DNA from: Verrucomicrobiales bacterium | GTDB lineage: Bacteria; Verrucomicrobiota; Verrucomicrobiia; Limisphaerales; UBA9464 | DNA: 64,000 nt | Direction: 5' to 3' | Assembly (NCBI GenBank): GCA_016793645.1 | Contig: JAEUHD010000202.1 | Location: 12,174-76,173 of the forward strand | Part shown: positions 41,732-51,001 of the stretch, in pieces | Numbering within the stretch: the first letter of the stretch is position 1 | Layout of the letters: each line of letters opens with the position of its first letter | The notes under the pieces: model-generated | Seen by the model: only the letters and a program-made list of their open reading frames with translations | What the model was told of the DNA's origin: nothing | Databases searched by the model: none | Position numbers and translations under genes: made by a program

Positions 41732-43200
41732 TGCAGCGGATTGAGGAGGAGACCGGGGAGGAATCCGAGAACGAGGGTCGCCCCGGCGAGCAGGAGCAGA
41801 GCGAACAGGGTCAGGGGGGCGACCCGCAGCGCGGGGGCCGGGGTGGCTGCGGGCAGCAGCAGCGCATGACGGACGATCTGCAGGTAGTAATAGAGGGCCA
41901 CGGCGCTGGTCCCGACTGCGACCGAAAGGATCCAGAGCCGCCCGGACTGGGGTTCGCTGGAAATGGCCCGGACGAAGACGAAGAATTTCCCGAAGAATCC
42001 GGCGAGCGGCGGAATGCCCGCCATCGAGAGGACGAATACCGAGAGGCATGCCGCCAGGACCGGCGAGCGGCGTCCGAGGCCGGCCAAGCCCGGCAGGGTC
42101 GGTTCCTCGCCGGCCGCCTCCATCGCCGCCACCACCCCGAATGCTCCGAGCGCGGTGATGGCATAGGTCACGGCGAAGTAGAGCACGGCGGCGCCGGATT
42201 CCGGGCGCGGATCCATCAGGCCGAGGAGGCCATAGCCGCCCTGCGCGATGGCCGAGTAGGCGAGCAGTCGGCGCAGGTCGGTTTGACGGAGCGCGGTCAG
42301 GTTCCCGGCGACCATCGAAAGCGTGGACAGGACCGCGATCCAGGGGATCCAGCCCGGACTCCAGGGGATCCTGCCGGCCGAACCCGCCGTGTTCGCACCG
42401 AATCCGACGTGCAGCACCCGCAGGAGCAGGACAAATCCCGCGACCTTCGAGCCCGAAGCCACGAGGGCGGCTGCCGGTGTCGGTGCCCCCTGGTACACAT
42501 CCGGAGCCCAGAGGTGAAAGGGGGCCACGGCAATCTTGAAGGCGAGGCCCGACAGGGTCATGACGAGGGCGATCCAAAGAAGCGGTTCCCGGGGAAGTGC
42601 GGCGAGGCGGGACCCGATCACACTGAGTTGGACGGAGCCCGTGAGTCCGTAGAGAAGGCTCATGCCAAACAGCGTGAGGGCGGCGGCGATGCCTCCGAAG
42701 AGGAAGTACTTGAGCGCGGCTTCCGTGGCGCCGGGTCGTTCCTCGTGAAGCGCCGTCAACACGTAGAGGGTCAGGCTGACGAGTTCGAGGGCGACGAACA
42801 GCATGAGCAGGTTGTCGGTGCCGATGAGCAGCATCATTCCGGCAGTCGCGATGAGCAGCAGGGCAAAGAATTCACCGGCATGGCGGGTGAACCGACCCGG
42901 CATGGCGAACACCACGGTTGCCAGGGAAAGTAGGAGCAGGACTCCCTTCAGGAACTGGGTTCCGGGCAGGGGTCGAAACGCGCCCGCCAGTGTTTCCACG
43001 GGGACGGCACCCATCCCCAGGACTCCCCAGGATGCCAGGAGTCCCACGGCGGCGCAGGTCCCCGAGTTCGCCATTCGTTCCGAAAGGGCGCGCCTGCCGA
43101 AGACGCGCAGGTCGAGCAACAACACGGCCAGCGCGGAAACGACCAGCACCGCTTCGGGAAGCAGTTGCCTGAGCAGGTCGAGATGCAGGGGGCCGTTCAT
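41728..43200 (-). CDS. nuoN: NADH-quinone oxidoreductase subunit N
   Basis: 490-aa polytopic ORF of the ND2/NuoN type (LELVSLTLYVL...FHLWAPDVYQGAPTP). Last nuo gene in the array. Confidence 0.9.
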   Translation of the reverse strand: MNGPLHLDLLRQLLPEAVLVVSALAVLLLDLRVFGRRALSERMANSGTCAAVGLLASWGVLGMGAVPVETLAGAFRPLPGTQFLKGVLLLLSLATVVFAMPGRFTRHAGEFFALLLIATAGMMLLIGTDNLLMLFVALELVSLTLYVLTALHEERPGATEAALKYFLFGGIAAALTLFGMSLLYGLTGSVQLSVIGSRLAALPREPLLWIALVMTLSGLAFKIAVAPFHLWAPDVYQGAPTPAAALVASGSKVAGFVLLLRVLHVGFGANTAGSAGRIPWSPGWIPWIAVLSTLSMVAGNLTALRQTDLRRLLAYSAIAQGGYGLLGLMDPRPESGAAVLYFAVTYAITALGAFGVVAAMEAAGEEPTLPGLAGLGRRSPVLAACLSVFVLSMAGIPPLAGFFGKFFVFVRAISSEPQSGRLWILSVAVGTSAVALYYYLQIVRHALLLPAATPAPALRVAPLTLFALLLLAGATLVLGFLPGLLLNPLQ

Positions 43201-43228
43201 CCGGGTGCTTGCAGGGATTGCGATTCAC

Positions 43229-44713
43229 TCATGGGACCATCACGCGCCGGAGTCCGTCAAAGAAGGGGCCCGCCAGTGCCGGCTGGATCCAGTCCAGCAC
43301 GAATCCCGGGAACAATCCCAGGCCCACGGTGGACACCAGCAGCAGGCCGGATCCCAGCACCTCGGGGACGGTGATGGGTGCGGGGGGCGCGAGGGCCTCC
43401 AGCGGAGGTGAGTCGTCGCCGCGGAAGAATCCGAGGTGGACGGCCCGAAGCACGTAGGCGGCCCCCAGGAGGATTCCAAATCCCGCGACCGCCACCAGGC
43501 GTCCGGAAACCGGCCAGGTGCCGAGAAGAATCTGAAGTTCCGCGATGAAGCCGCTGAATCCGGGAACTCCCATGGAGGCAAATCCGGCGAGCACAAACGT
43601 GACTGCGGCGAACGGCAGGGTTTTCCCGAGACGGTGCGCCCCGAGTTCCTCCAGGTCGCGCGTATGGGTCCGGTCATAGACCATTCGTCCGACCACCGCG
43701 AACAGGAGTCCGGCAATGATGCCGTGGGAGATCATTTGCAGGACAGCTCCGGACAACGCCAGGGGGGTCGCCATCGCCAGTCCGAGGATCACAAAGCCCA
43801 TGTGGCTGACGCTGGAGTAGCCGATGACGAACTTGAAGTCGCGCTGCCGGAGGGCGACCAGGGCTCCCCAGACGATTCCGGCCACGGCGAGCACGCCGAA
43901 TACGAATCTGGACTCCCGCGCTCCCTCCGGGAGGAGGGGCAGGGCGATGCGGAGACATCCGTAGGCGCCCAGCTTCATGATGACGCCGGCCAGCAACATG
44001 GAGGCGGCTGTCGGGGCCGCCACATGTCCCGTGGGCGCCCAGGTGTGGAGGGGCCAAAGACCGGCGAGGATGGCAAATCCGGCAAACAGGACCGGAAAGG
44101 CCCAGGCTTGGGTGGATGGTGGAAACGAGTGCCGGGCCAGGGCGGAAAGATCCAGTGTGTTGAGGCCGCTCGTGGCGTACAGGGCGACGATCCCGACCAG
44201 CACCGCCGCGCTCCCGAGGAACGAATAGAGGGCAAGCTTCATCGCCGCGTAATCCCTCCGGGTCGAACCCCAGCGTGCGATGAGGAGGTACTTCGGGATG
44301 ATCGCCAGTTCGTAGAACACGAAGAACAGCAGCAGATCCCAGCTGAGGAAGACGCCGTACACGGCACCAATCAGCGTCAGGTAAAGTGAGAAGAACTCAC
44401 CGGGCCGATCCTGGACATTCCAGGAGAATAGGACGCCCCCCACGGAGGCGATTCCCGTGAGGACCAGGAGGGATGCGCTCAGGCCATCCGCCGCGAGGTG
44501 GAACTCGGCGCCCCAGGTGGGGATCCAGGGCAGGCGCACGAGGGTCACGACCTCCGCCCCGGGCGTCCGCTGGATCACGGCGGTGACCGTCAAAAGGAGC
44601 CCGAGGCCGCAGGTGGCGAGGGTGATCCAGTGGGGCAGACGCGAGGCCGTTCGGCGCCACAGGAGCAGGCCCAGGGCGCTCGCGAAGCAGAGGTAGAGGG
44701 GGAAGGCGAGCAT
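43229..44713 (-). CDS. nuoM: NADH-quinone oxidoreductase subunit M, second tandem copy
   Basis: 494-aa ND4/NuoM-type ORF (FYELAIIPKYLLIARWGSTRRDYAAMKLALYSFLGSAAVL...HTWAPTGHVAAPTAASMLLAGVIMKLG). Confidence 0.85.
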   Translation of the reverse strand: MLAFPLYLCFASALGLLLWRRTASRLPHWITLATCGLGLLLTVTAVIQRTPGAEVVTLVRLPWIPTWGAEFHLAADGLSASLLVLTGIASVGGVLFSWNVQDRPGEFFSLYLTLIGAVYGVFLSWDLLLFFVFYELAIIPKYLLIARWGSTRRDYAAMKLALYSFLGSAAVLVGIVALYATSGLNTLDLSALARHSFPPSTQAWAFPVLFAGFAILAGLWPLHTWAPTGHVAAPTAASMLLAGVIMKLGAYGCLRIALPLLPEGARESRFVFGVLAVAGIVWGALVALRQRDFKFVIGYSSVSHMGFVILGLAMATPLALSGAVLQMISHGIIAGLLFAVVGRMVYDRTHTRDLEELGAHRLGKTLPFAAVTFVLAGFASMGVPGFSGFIAELQILLGTWPVSGRLVAVAGFGILLGAAYVLRAVHLGFFRGDDSPPLEALAPPAPITVPEVLGSGLLLVSTVGLGLFPGFVLDWIQPALAGPFFDGLRRVMVP

Positions 44714-44720
44714 GGGCGGG

Positions 44721-46277
44721 CTACGGAGCGAGTCCGGCGACGAAGGCCACGACGGACGGATTCGTCCATCGCAACAGCAGTTGGGGGAGGATCCCCGGCA
44801 GCACCAGCAGCGCCAGCATGGGGGCGAGCACCAGGCATTCCCGGCGGCTGAGGTCCTGGAATTCCTGTCGGGCCGGGTTCACGGGACCGTTCAGGACGCG
44901 GTGGAGCAGCGTCAGCAGGAAGACGGCGGTCATCATCAAGCCGGGCAGGGCGAGGGCGGCGGCCCCCGGAGCCAGCGGGAAGGCGCCCTTGAAGATCAGG
45001 AACTCACCAATGAACCCCGAAAGTCCCGGCAGGCCCAGGGATGCAAAGACGGCGGTTCCGAGCATTCCGGCGAGGATGGGAGCCCGTGCCCGGAGGCCGC
45101 CGAAGTCCTCCAGTTGCCGGCGTCCTCCGGTGCGTTGTTCCAGGATCCCGACCAGTGCGAAGAGCAGGGCGGCATTGATGCCGTGATTGAACATCTGGAG
45201 TACGGCGCCATTGAGGGCCGCCGCCCGTTCATTGGCCCACTGCGGACCCTGGGGAACCGGATCCAAGGCCACGAAAATCCCGAGGAGGCAGTATCCGAGG
45301 TGATTGATGGAGGAGTAGGCCAGGATTCGCTTGAGGTCGGTTTGTGCCAGGGCCACCAGGGTGGGAAACACGATGGAAACCACGACTCCCACGAGAATGG
45401 GGCTGAGCATGGTCCGGGTTTCTGCAGGGAAGATCGGGATGAGAATCCGCAGGATCCCGTAGACCCCCATCTTGGACAGGGCTCCGGTCAGCAACAGCGT
45501 GACACTCGTGGGTGCCTCGGCGTAGGTGTCCGGGAGCCACGTGTGGAAGGGGACCAGGGGAATCTTCACCGCCAATCCGGCGAAGGTGCCGAGGAAGAGA
45601 ATCGAGGCGAGGCGGGTCGGATTGAGGCCGGTCCAGGCAAAGGCGCGCGACAATCCGGAGGACAGGGAGCCGTCCCGGGCTAACGCCGCCAGATTTGGAA
45701 AATCCATCGTGCCGGTGGCCAGGAACAGGGCCTGGAACGCGAGAAGAAGGGCCACGCTTCCCGCGAAGGTGAACAGGAAGAACTGCAGTGCCGCCGTTCG
45801 ACGACCGGGCCCCCCCCAGAACTTGATGAGGAAGTACGCTGGGATCAGTCCCAGTTCCCAGTACAGGAACCAGTGGACGAAATTGAGTGCGGTGAAGTTC
45901 CCGAGGAGTCCCGTTTCCAGGGCAAGGATGAGGGCGAAGTAGAGGCGGGGACGCTCGGAGGGGAACGGGGACGTCGCGATGGCGAACGGAATGAGGAGCG
46001 TCGTCAGAAGGATGAGCAGGAGGTTGAGACCGTCCACGCCCACGAAATACTCGGCGCCCACCGAGGGGATCCAGGGAGCCCGTTCGATGAACTGCAGTTG
46101 CCCACCCTCCGTGCGGAACTGATGGGCCAGGAAGACGCCCTCCAGAAGGGTCAGCAGCGAGATCCCGAGGGTGATCGGACGGGACGCCCGCGCGAGCGAT
46201 GCCGGAAGCACCATGAGAACGACGACACCGATCAGCGGTGTCAGCGTCATCAGGGTCAGCATGGGCAGATCCGTCAT
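44721..46277 (-). CDS. nuoM: NADH-quinone oxidoreductase subunit M, first tandem copy
   Basis: 518-aa ND4/NuoM-type ORF (YWELGLIPAYFLIKFWGGPGRRTAALQFFLFTFAGSVALL...FHTWLPDTYAEAPTSVTLLLTGALSKMG). Confidence 0.88.
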   Translation of the reverse strand: MTDLPMLTLMTLTPLIGVVVLMVLPASLARASRPITLGISLLTLLEGVFLAHQFRTEGGQLQFIERAPWIPSVGAEYFVGVDGLNLLLILLTTLLIPFAIATSPFPSERPRLYFALILALETGLLGNFTALNFVHWFLYWELGLIPAYFLIKFWGGPGRRTAALQFFLFTFAGSVALLLAFQALFLATGTMDFPNLAALARDGSLSSGLSRAFAWTGLNPTRLASILFLGTFAGLAVKIPLVPFHTWLPDTYAEAPTSVTLLLTGALSKMGVYGILRILIPIFPAETRTMLSPILVGVVVSIVFPTLVALAQTDLKRILAYSSINHLGYCLLGIFVALDPVPQGPQWANERAAALNGAVLQMFNHGINAALLFALVGILEQRTGGRRQLEDFGGLRARAPILAGMLGTAVFASLGLPGLSGFIGEFLIFKGAFPLAPGAAALALPGLMMTAVFLLTLLHRVLNGPVNPARQEFQDLSRRECLVLAPMLALLVLPGILPQLLLRWTNPSVVAFVAGLAP

Positions 46278-46283
46278 GTTGAT

Positions 46284-48296
46284 TCAGGACGTGGCCAGAA
46301 ACAGCAATCCGGCCGCGAGGGCGATGACTCCCGCGATGAGGATTCTGAGGGAGCGCTGGGGTTGGCCATCGTGGGTCCTTGAGAGCAGACCGCCGGCATC
46401 GCGTGCGGCCTGGCAGCCGTCATCGAAACTGGCATTCAGAACGCCCTGGTCCACCGTGCGGCTGAGCCAGGAACCCGCGGAGGCCGCAAACGACGCAAGG
46501 TCCCGAAAGACACTTCCGAGCGACTGATCCAATGCGGCGGAAATCCAGGCCGCGGCACCCACCCACTTCACGAGGGTCGCCCGGTAGAATTCGTCGAAAC
46601 GGAACCGGTCACGCATCAGGGTGTACATGCGCGGCACCCACCGTTCCAAGGGATCCCGTCCTGTTTTCAGCGCCACCCCCAGGTTGCGATAAAGGATCCC
46701 CCCGGCGGCCAGGCCCGCCCCGCAGGCCAGCGCGGACAGGATGAGAATGCCCCAGACGGAACCGGACTCGGACGGGGTCGATGCGGGGGAAAGAAAGTGT
46801 TCCAGCCAGGGACGGAACGGGGTCGTGACCGCGCTCAGGGCAATGCTCGCTCCGGCGAGAATTCCCAGGGGGACGGTCAGGACCGGTGAACCTTCATGGG
46901 CATGGGCCGAGTCGGGGCCCCGGGACGTCCCGGCGAACACGTAGATCATCTGGCGCGTCATGTAGAAGGCGGTCACCGCCGCGGTTAGCACACCGAGGAG
47001 GAAGGGAACCCGCGAGGGTGCCCAGTGGGAAAGCGAGTGAAGGATCGCGTCCTTGCTCCAGAATCCGGAGAAGAACACCGGAACGCCCGAGAGCGCCATC
47101 ATGCCCACGGCGTAGGTGGCGAAGGTGAGCGGCATGCGGCGCCGCAGTCCGCCCAGGTGCCGGATGTCCTGCTCTCCGTGGCAGCCGTGGATGACCGAGC
47201 CGGCGCCGAGGAACAGGAGCGCCTTGAAAAAGGCGTGGGTGAGCAGGTGAACCATGCCGACGGCCGGACCGCCCGTGGCGAGACCCATCATCATGAATCC
47301 CAACTGGGAAATGGTGGAATAGGCCAGGATACGTTTGATGTCCGTCTGGGCGACGGCCGTCAGGGCGCCGAAGAGGGCGGTGAGGGCGCCGGTCCATGCC
47401 ATGACCACGAGTGCGGGCGCCGGCAGTTCGGCTGATCCTCCCAGGGCGACCAGGGGAAACATGCGCGCCATCAGAAAGACGCCGGCGGCCACCATGGTGG
47501 CGGCATGGATCAGGGCGCTGACCGGTGTCGGTCCTTCCATGGCGTCCGGAAGCCAGACGTGCAGCGGCAGTTGCCCCGATTTCCCGACCGCCCCGCAGAA
47601 CAGGAGCAGTGAGATGGCGGTGCCCAAGGCGAGACCACCTGCGGTGGCGCGACCGGCGATCCCCGAAAGCGCCGCCGGCTCGAGGCATCCGGCGCCCTGA
47701 TCGTAGAACAGGACCGTGCCGCTCTCCGAGTAAAGCCAGATCAGTCCCACCAGAAATCCCAGATCCCCGATCCGGGTTGTCAGGAAGGCCTTTCGGGCGG
47801 CGTCGGCGGCCGGGGGGCGTGAATACCAAAATCCGATGAGGAGGTAGGAGGCGAGCCCGACGAGTTCCCAGCAGATGAACAGAAGGAGCAGGCTGTTGGA
47901 CAGGATCAGGCCGAGCATGGCCGCGGCAAACAGGGAGAGGAAACAGAAGAAGCGTCCGGAATCGGGGTCCTCCGCCATGTATCCGGTGCTGAAGATGAAA
48001 ATCAGCGTTCCGACCACGGTGATCATGAGCAGCATCGCGGCGCTCAGCGGATCCAGAATCCATCCGACGCGCACCGACAGGGTCCCCGTCTCAAACCAGG
48101 GCACGTTCGAATACAGCGCGCCACCCCGGACCACGGACAGGAACGCCGCCGCGGCGAGGATCGCGGCCGTCGCGAGTGCGGCCACGGAAAGTCCCGCGGT
48201 CACCCGATGGAGCCGCCGCGGGAGAAAGGTTCCCACCGTCGCCGCCAGCAGCGGCAGCAGTGGGATCACCCACAGGTTCTTGGCGAGGTTCTCCAT
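46284..48296 (-). CDS. nuoL: NADH-quinone oxidoreductase subunit L (long form, 670 aa)
   Basis: Contains FSTGYMAEDPDSGRFFCFLSLFAAAMLGLILSNSLLLLFICWELVGLASYLLIGFWY and HVWLPDAMEGPTPVSALIHAATMV. The C-terminal tail is extended. Confidence 0.92.
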   Translation of the reverse strand: MENLAKNLWVIPLLPLLAATVGTFLPRRLHRVTAGLSVAALATAAILAAAAFLSVVRGGALYSNVPWFETGTLSVRVGWILDPLSAAMLLMITVVGTLIFIFSTGYMAEDPDSGRFFCFLSLFAAAMLGLILSNSLLLLFICWELVGLASYLLIGFWYSRPPAADAARKAFLTTRIGDLGFLVGLIWLYSESGTVLFYDQGAGCLEPAALSGIAGRATAGGLALGTAISLLLFCGAVGKSGQLPLHVWLPDAMEGPTPVSALIHAATMVAAGVFLMARMFPLVALGGSAELPAPALVVMAWTGALTALFGALTAVAQTDIKRILAYSTISQLGFMMMGLATGGPAVGMVHLLTHAFFKALLFLGAGSVIHGCHGEQDIRHLGGLRRRMPLTFATYAVGMMALSGVPVFFSGFWSKDAILHSLSHWAPSRVPFLLGVLTAAVTAFYMTRQMIYVFAGTSRGPDSAHAHEGSPVLTVPLGILAGASIALSAVTTPFRPWLEHFLSPASTPSESGSVWGILILSALACGAGLAAGGILYRNLGVALKTGRDPLERWVPRMYTLMRDRFRFDEFYRATLVKWVGAAAWISAALDQSLGSVFRDLASFAASAGSWLSRTVDQGVLNASFDDGCQAARDAGGLLSRTHDGQPQRSLRILIAGVIALAAGLLFLATS

Positions 48297-48326
48297 GATG
48301 ACGGGCAGGGGAGGCAGGCCGGTGTC

Positions 48327-48638
48327 TCAGCCCCTGAGGCGTGAAATCTCCTCGAGTTGGGTGGTTCGGTACCGCCGGTGGATGGCGATGATGAGCGCCA
48401 GGCCCACCGCCGCCTCCGCGGCCGCGATGGCGACTGAAAACAGGACGAACACCGGCCCGTCGAGGGGTTGGGGCTGCGGGCCGTACTTCCAAAAGGTCAG
48501 GAAATTCAGGTTGGCGGCGTTCAGCATCAGCTCAATGCCGATCAATACGAGGATGGCATTGCGGCGGCACAGGGCACCGGCGAGTCCGATGCAGAACATC
48601 GCGGCGGCCAGAAGAAGGTGGAGTGTGGCGGCGGACAT
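48327..48638 (-). CDS. nuoK: NADH-quinone oxidoreductase subunit K
   Basis: The internal ATG 48638 gives MSAATLHLLLAAAMFCIGLAGALCRRNAILVLIGIELMLNAANLNF (103 aa). The track ORF is extended upstream to 48740. Confidence 0.9.
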   Translation of the reverse strand: MSAATLHLLLAAAMFCIGLAGALCRRNAILVLIGIELMLNAANLNFLTFWKYGPQPQPLDGPVFVLFSVAIAAAEAAVGLALIIAIHRRYRTTQLEEISRLRG

Positions 48639-48651
48639 GGTGGGCGATGCG

Positions 48652-49227
48652 TCAGGTGGGGGACGAAGGGGGCGTTTCGGTCCCCGCACTCCCGTGGGAA
48701 CCGGACGGGCGGGGAGAGATGCCGGGTTCGGGCAGGGCAATCAGCGCCGCCCCGATGAGGGCGGCGGTGAGGAGCAGTCCCACCGTTTGCAGGGGGAGGA
48801 GTTCCTCCCGGAGCAGTCGTTCCCCCAGATCCCGAACGGCCATCGATGGCGGAGGGGACGGAGTTGCGATGGCGCCCGGGCTGCGATGGAGAATGCCCCA
48901 GGCGAGGACTCCCCACAGGAGCACCGCAAGGCCGATTCCGATTCCGGGAGCGTTGGACCGTCGTTCGTGCGCCGAGTCGCTGCCGCGCGTCAGGAGGATG
49001 GCGAAGACGATCAGCACGGCGACGGCACCGACGTAGACCAGTATCTGGATGAACCCAAGGAACTCCGCACCCATCCGGAGGAAGACCAACGCCAGGCCCA
49101 CCAGCGCGACCGCGAGGAACAGCCCGGCATGAACCCGGTTGCGGCACGAGACCGCGGCGACCGAGCCGCCGAGGACCAGTCCCGCGACGATGGCGAAGGC
49201 GAGGCTGAGCACGGGTTCAGGAGGCAT
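48652..49227 (-). CDS. nuoJ: NADH-quinone oxidoreductase subunit J
   Basis: 191-aa ORF with AEFLGFIQILVYVGAVAVLIVFAILL, the NuoJ hallmark. Confidence 0.88.
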   Translation of the reverse strand: MPPEPVLSLAFAIVAGLVLGGSVAAVSCRNRVHAGLFLAVALVGLALVFLRMGAEFLGFIQILVYVGAVAVLIVFAILLTRGSDSAHERRSNAPGIGIGLAVLLWGVLAWGILHRSPGAIATPSPPPSMAVRDLGERLLREELLPLQTVGLLLTAALIGAALIALPEPGISPRPSGSHGSAGTETPPSSPT

Positions 49228-50395
49228 AGCGATAGGTTCGCGGAGGGTGTTGCCGCAGGAACGCGCGGTGGTAGAGAAGGTAGGGAATGCCGAACAGGAT
49301 CGCTGCAGGCAGCCAGCGCAGGAGATGGGGCCAGGGCGTCGAATACTGCCAAAGGGCCGCGACCAGGAGGTTGATCAGGCTCATGGGAAGCAGGAACTGC
49401 CAGGCGAACCGCATCAGCTGGTCCATGCGCAGGCGGGGAAGTGTTCCCCGCAGCCAGATGAAGATTCCCATCAGCACCGCCAGTTTCCCGAAAAACCACA
49501 GCCACGAGGGCACCCAGGACAGCACCGTCAGCGGAGGCAGCCAGCCGCCGAGGAAGAGTGTGATTCCGAGTCCGCTCACGGCGAAGAGTCCGAGGTACTC
49601 CCCGAGGAAAAAGAGGGCGAACTTGAATCCCGAGTACTCGGTGAAATAACCCGCGACGATCTCGGATTCCGCCTCCGGGAGATCAAACGGCGAGCGGTTT
49701 GCCTCGGCGAGCGCGGCGATGAAGAACAGGACCGCGCCGGCGGCGCCCCACGGGGTGAACACGTTCCAGCCGAGGAGAACGCCCGCGTGGACTTCGGACT
49801 GGTGGCCGATGATCGCATTCAGGGACAGCGAGCCGGTCAGCATGACGACGGAGACCGTGGACAGGAGCAGGGGCAGTTCGTAGCTCAGCAGTTGGGCGAT
49901 GGCCCGCATGGCGCCCAGGAGGGAATACTTGTTGTGGCTGGACCAGCCGGCCATGAACACCCCGAGTTCGACGGCGGTGCCGACCATCAGGAAAAACAGC
50001 AGTCCGGTTTCGGGAAGGTCGAGCGCCACCATGTTGCGTCCGACCGGCAGCACCGCAAGGGCGAGCAATGGAGGTACCACGACCACCAGGGGCGCGAGGA
50101 AGTGGACCACGGAATCCGCGGCCCTGGGGACGATGTCCTCCTTGGTGAGGGATTTGATTCCGTCCGCAGCAAACTGGAGGAAGCCAGCCGGGCCGACGCG
50201 GTTGGGACCGGGCCGATTCTGGATCCGGCCCAGCGCCTTCCGTTCAATCACGGTCGTGAGGGCAAAGATCATCGGGTAGACCGCGAGGATCGCGCCGATC
50301 GACAGGACCGCGGAAATCCACGGCTGGACCGGTGTCGGAAACCAGGAGACCACGGCGTGCTTCAGCAGGACGAAGATCTGGTCGGGGGCATCCAT
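49217..50395 (-). CDS. nuoH: NADH-quinone oxidoreductase subunit H
   Basis: 392-aa ORF with IERKALGRIQNRPGPNRVGPAGFLQFAADGIKSLTKED, the canonical NuoH/ND1 motif. Confidence 0.93.
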   Translation of the reverse strand: MDAPDQIFVLLKHAVVSWFPTPVQPWISAVLSIGAILAVYPMIFALTTVIERKALGRIQNRPGPNRVGPAGFLQFAADGIKSLTKEDIVPRAADSVVHFLAPLVVVVPPLLALAVLPVGRNMVALDLPETGLLFFLMVGTAVELGVFMAGWSSHNKYSLLGAMRAIAQLLSYELPLLLSTVSVVMLTGSLSLNAIIGHQSEVHAGVLLGWNVFTPWGAAGAVLFFIAALAEANRSPFDLPEAESEIVAGYFTEYSGFKFALFFLGEYLGLFAVSGLGITLFLGGWLPPLTVLSWVPSWLWFFGKLAVLMGIFIWLRGTLPRLRMDQLMRFAWQFLLPMSLINLLVAALWQYSTPWPHLLRWLPAAILFGIPYLLYHRAFLRQHPPRTYRYAS

Positions 50396-50398
50396 GGG

Positions 50399-50992
50399 TT
50401 ACGCGGCCGGAGGGGATTCCGGCGCCGGTTTCCGGGGTGCGGCTGCCGCAGCCGTTGCCGCCGCGGCTGCCTTGGCAAGTTCCTCCGCACGCCGGGCGTC
50501 GATGGCGGCGGCATCGGTCGGGTGCAGCTTCTGAAAGTGGGCGTTGGGCCGGGCCAACTGGTCGCGGTGCCGGAGCAGTCCCTCGAACCGGTCGTTCGTC
50601 GCCAGCTCGAACTCCTGGTCCATCTTGATCGCGTCGAAGGGGCAGACCTCGACACAGATCTGGCAGCTCATGCAGACGGAAAGGTCGATATCGAAGGTCG
50701 CGGGGAAGAACTGGGGTTTCCCGAGGTGGTCCGGCTTCTTGGTCTTGCTCTTGACGATCAGGATGCACTGCGGGGGGCACTCCTTTTCGCAAATCTGGCA
50801 GGCCACACAGCGGAGCCCGGCCTGGGGATCGGCACCGTCAAAGACGAGAAACGGAAACTGGCGCGCGTTTTCCTTGGCGGGGGCGCGCTCCTCGGGATAA
50901 CCCAGAGTCACCAGACGCTCCGGGTCGGTGAAGCTTCCGACGAAATTCTTCGCCGTGACCGCCAGACCGTGAAGTATGCCGCCTCCGAGCAT
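50399..50992 (-). CDS. nuoI: NADH-quinone oxidoreductase subunit I (2x[4Fe-4S]) with Ala/Pro-rich C-terminal tail
   Basis: 197-aa ORF with two ferredoxin motifs, CVACQICEKECP and CMSCQICVEVCP. The tail reads AKAAAAATAAAAAPRKPAPESPPAA. Confidence 0.88.
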   Translation of the reverse strand: MLGGGILHGLAVTAKNFVGSFTDPERLVTLGYPEERAPAKENARQFPFLVFDGADPQAGLRCVACQICEKECPPQCILIVKSKTKKPDHLGKPQFFPATFDIDLSVCMSCQICVEVCPFDAIKMDQEFELATNDRFEGLLRHRDQLARPNAHFQKLHPTDAAAIDARRAEELAKAAAAATAAAAAPRKPAPESPPAA

Positions 50993-51001
50993 GGTTGGGT
51001 C

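Noticed and set aside
40814-42577. 587-aa version of the amidohydrolase ORF. N-terminal extensions of track ORFs 12408..13349, 12104..12850, 15570..25730, 32159..35401, 35140..36492, 48327..48740 and 60141..61379 are analogous.
   Set aside because: The extensions overlap neighbouring genes out of frame, or they precede obvious signal peptides or conserved N-termini. Internal start codons give canonical protein starts, so the extensions were trimmed.
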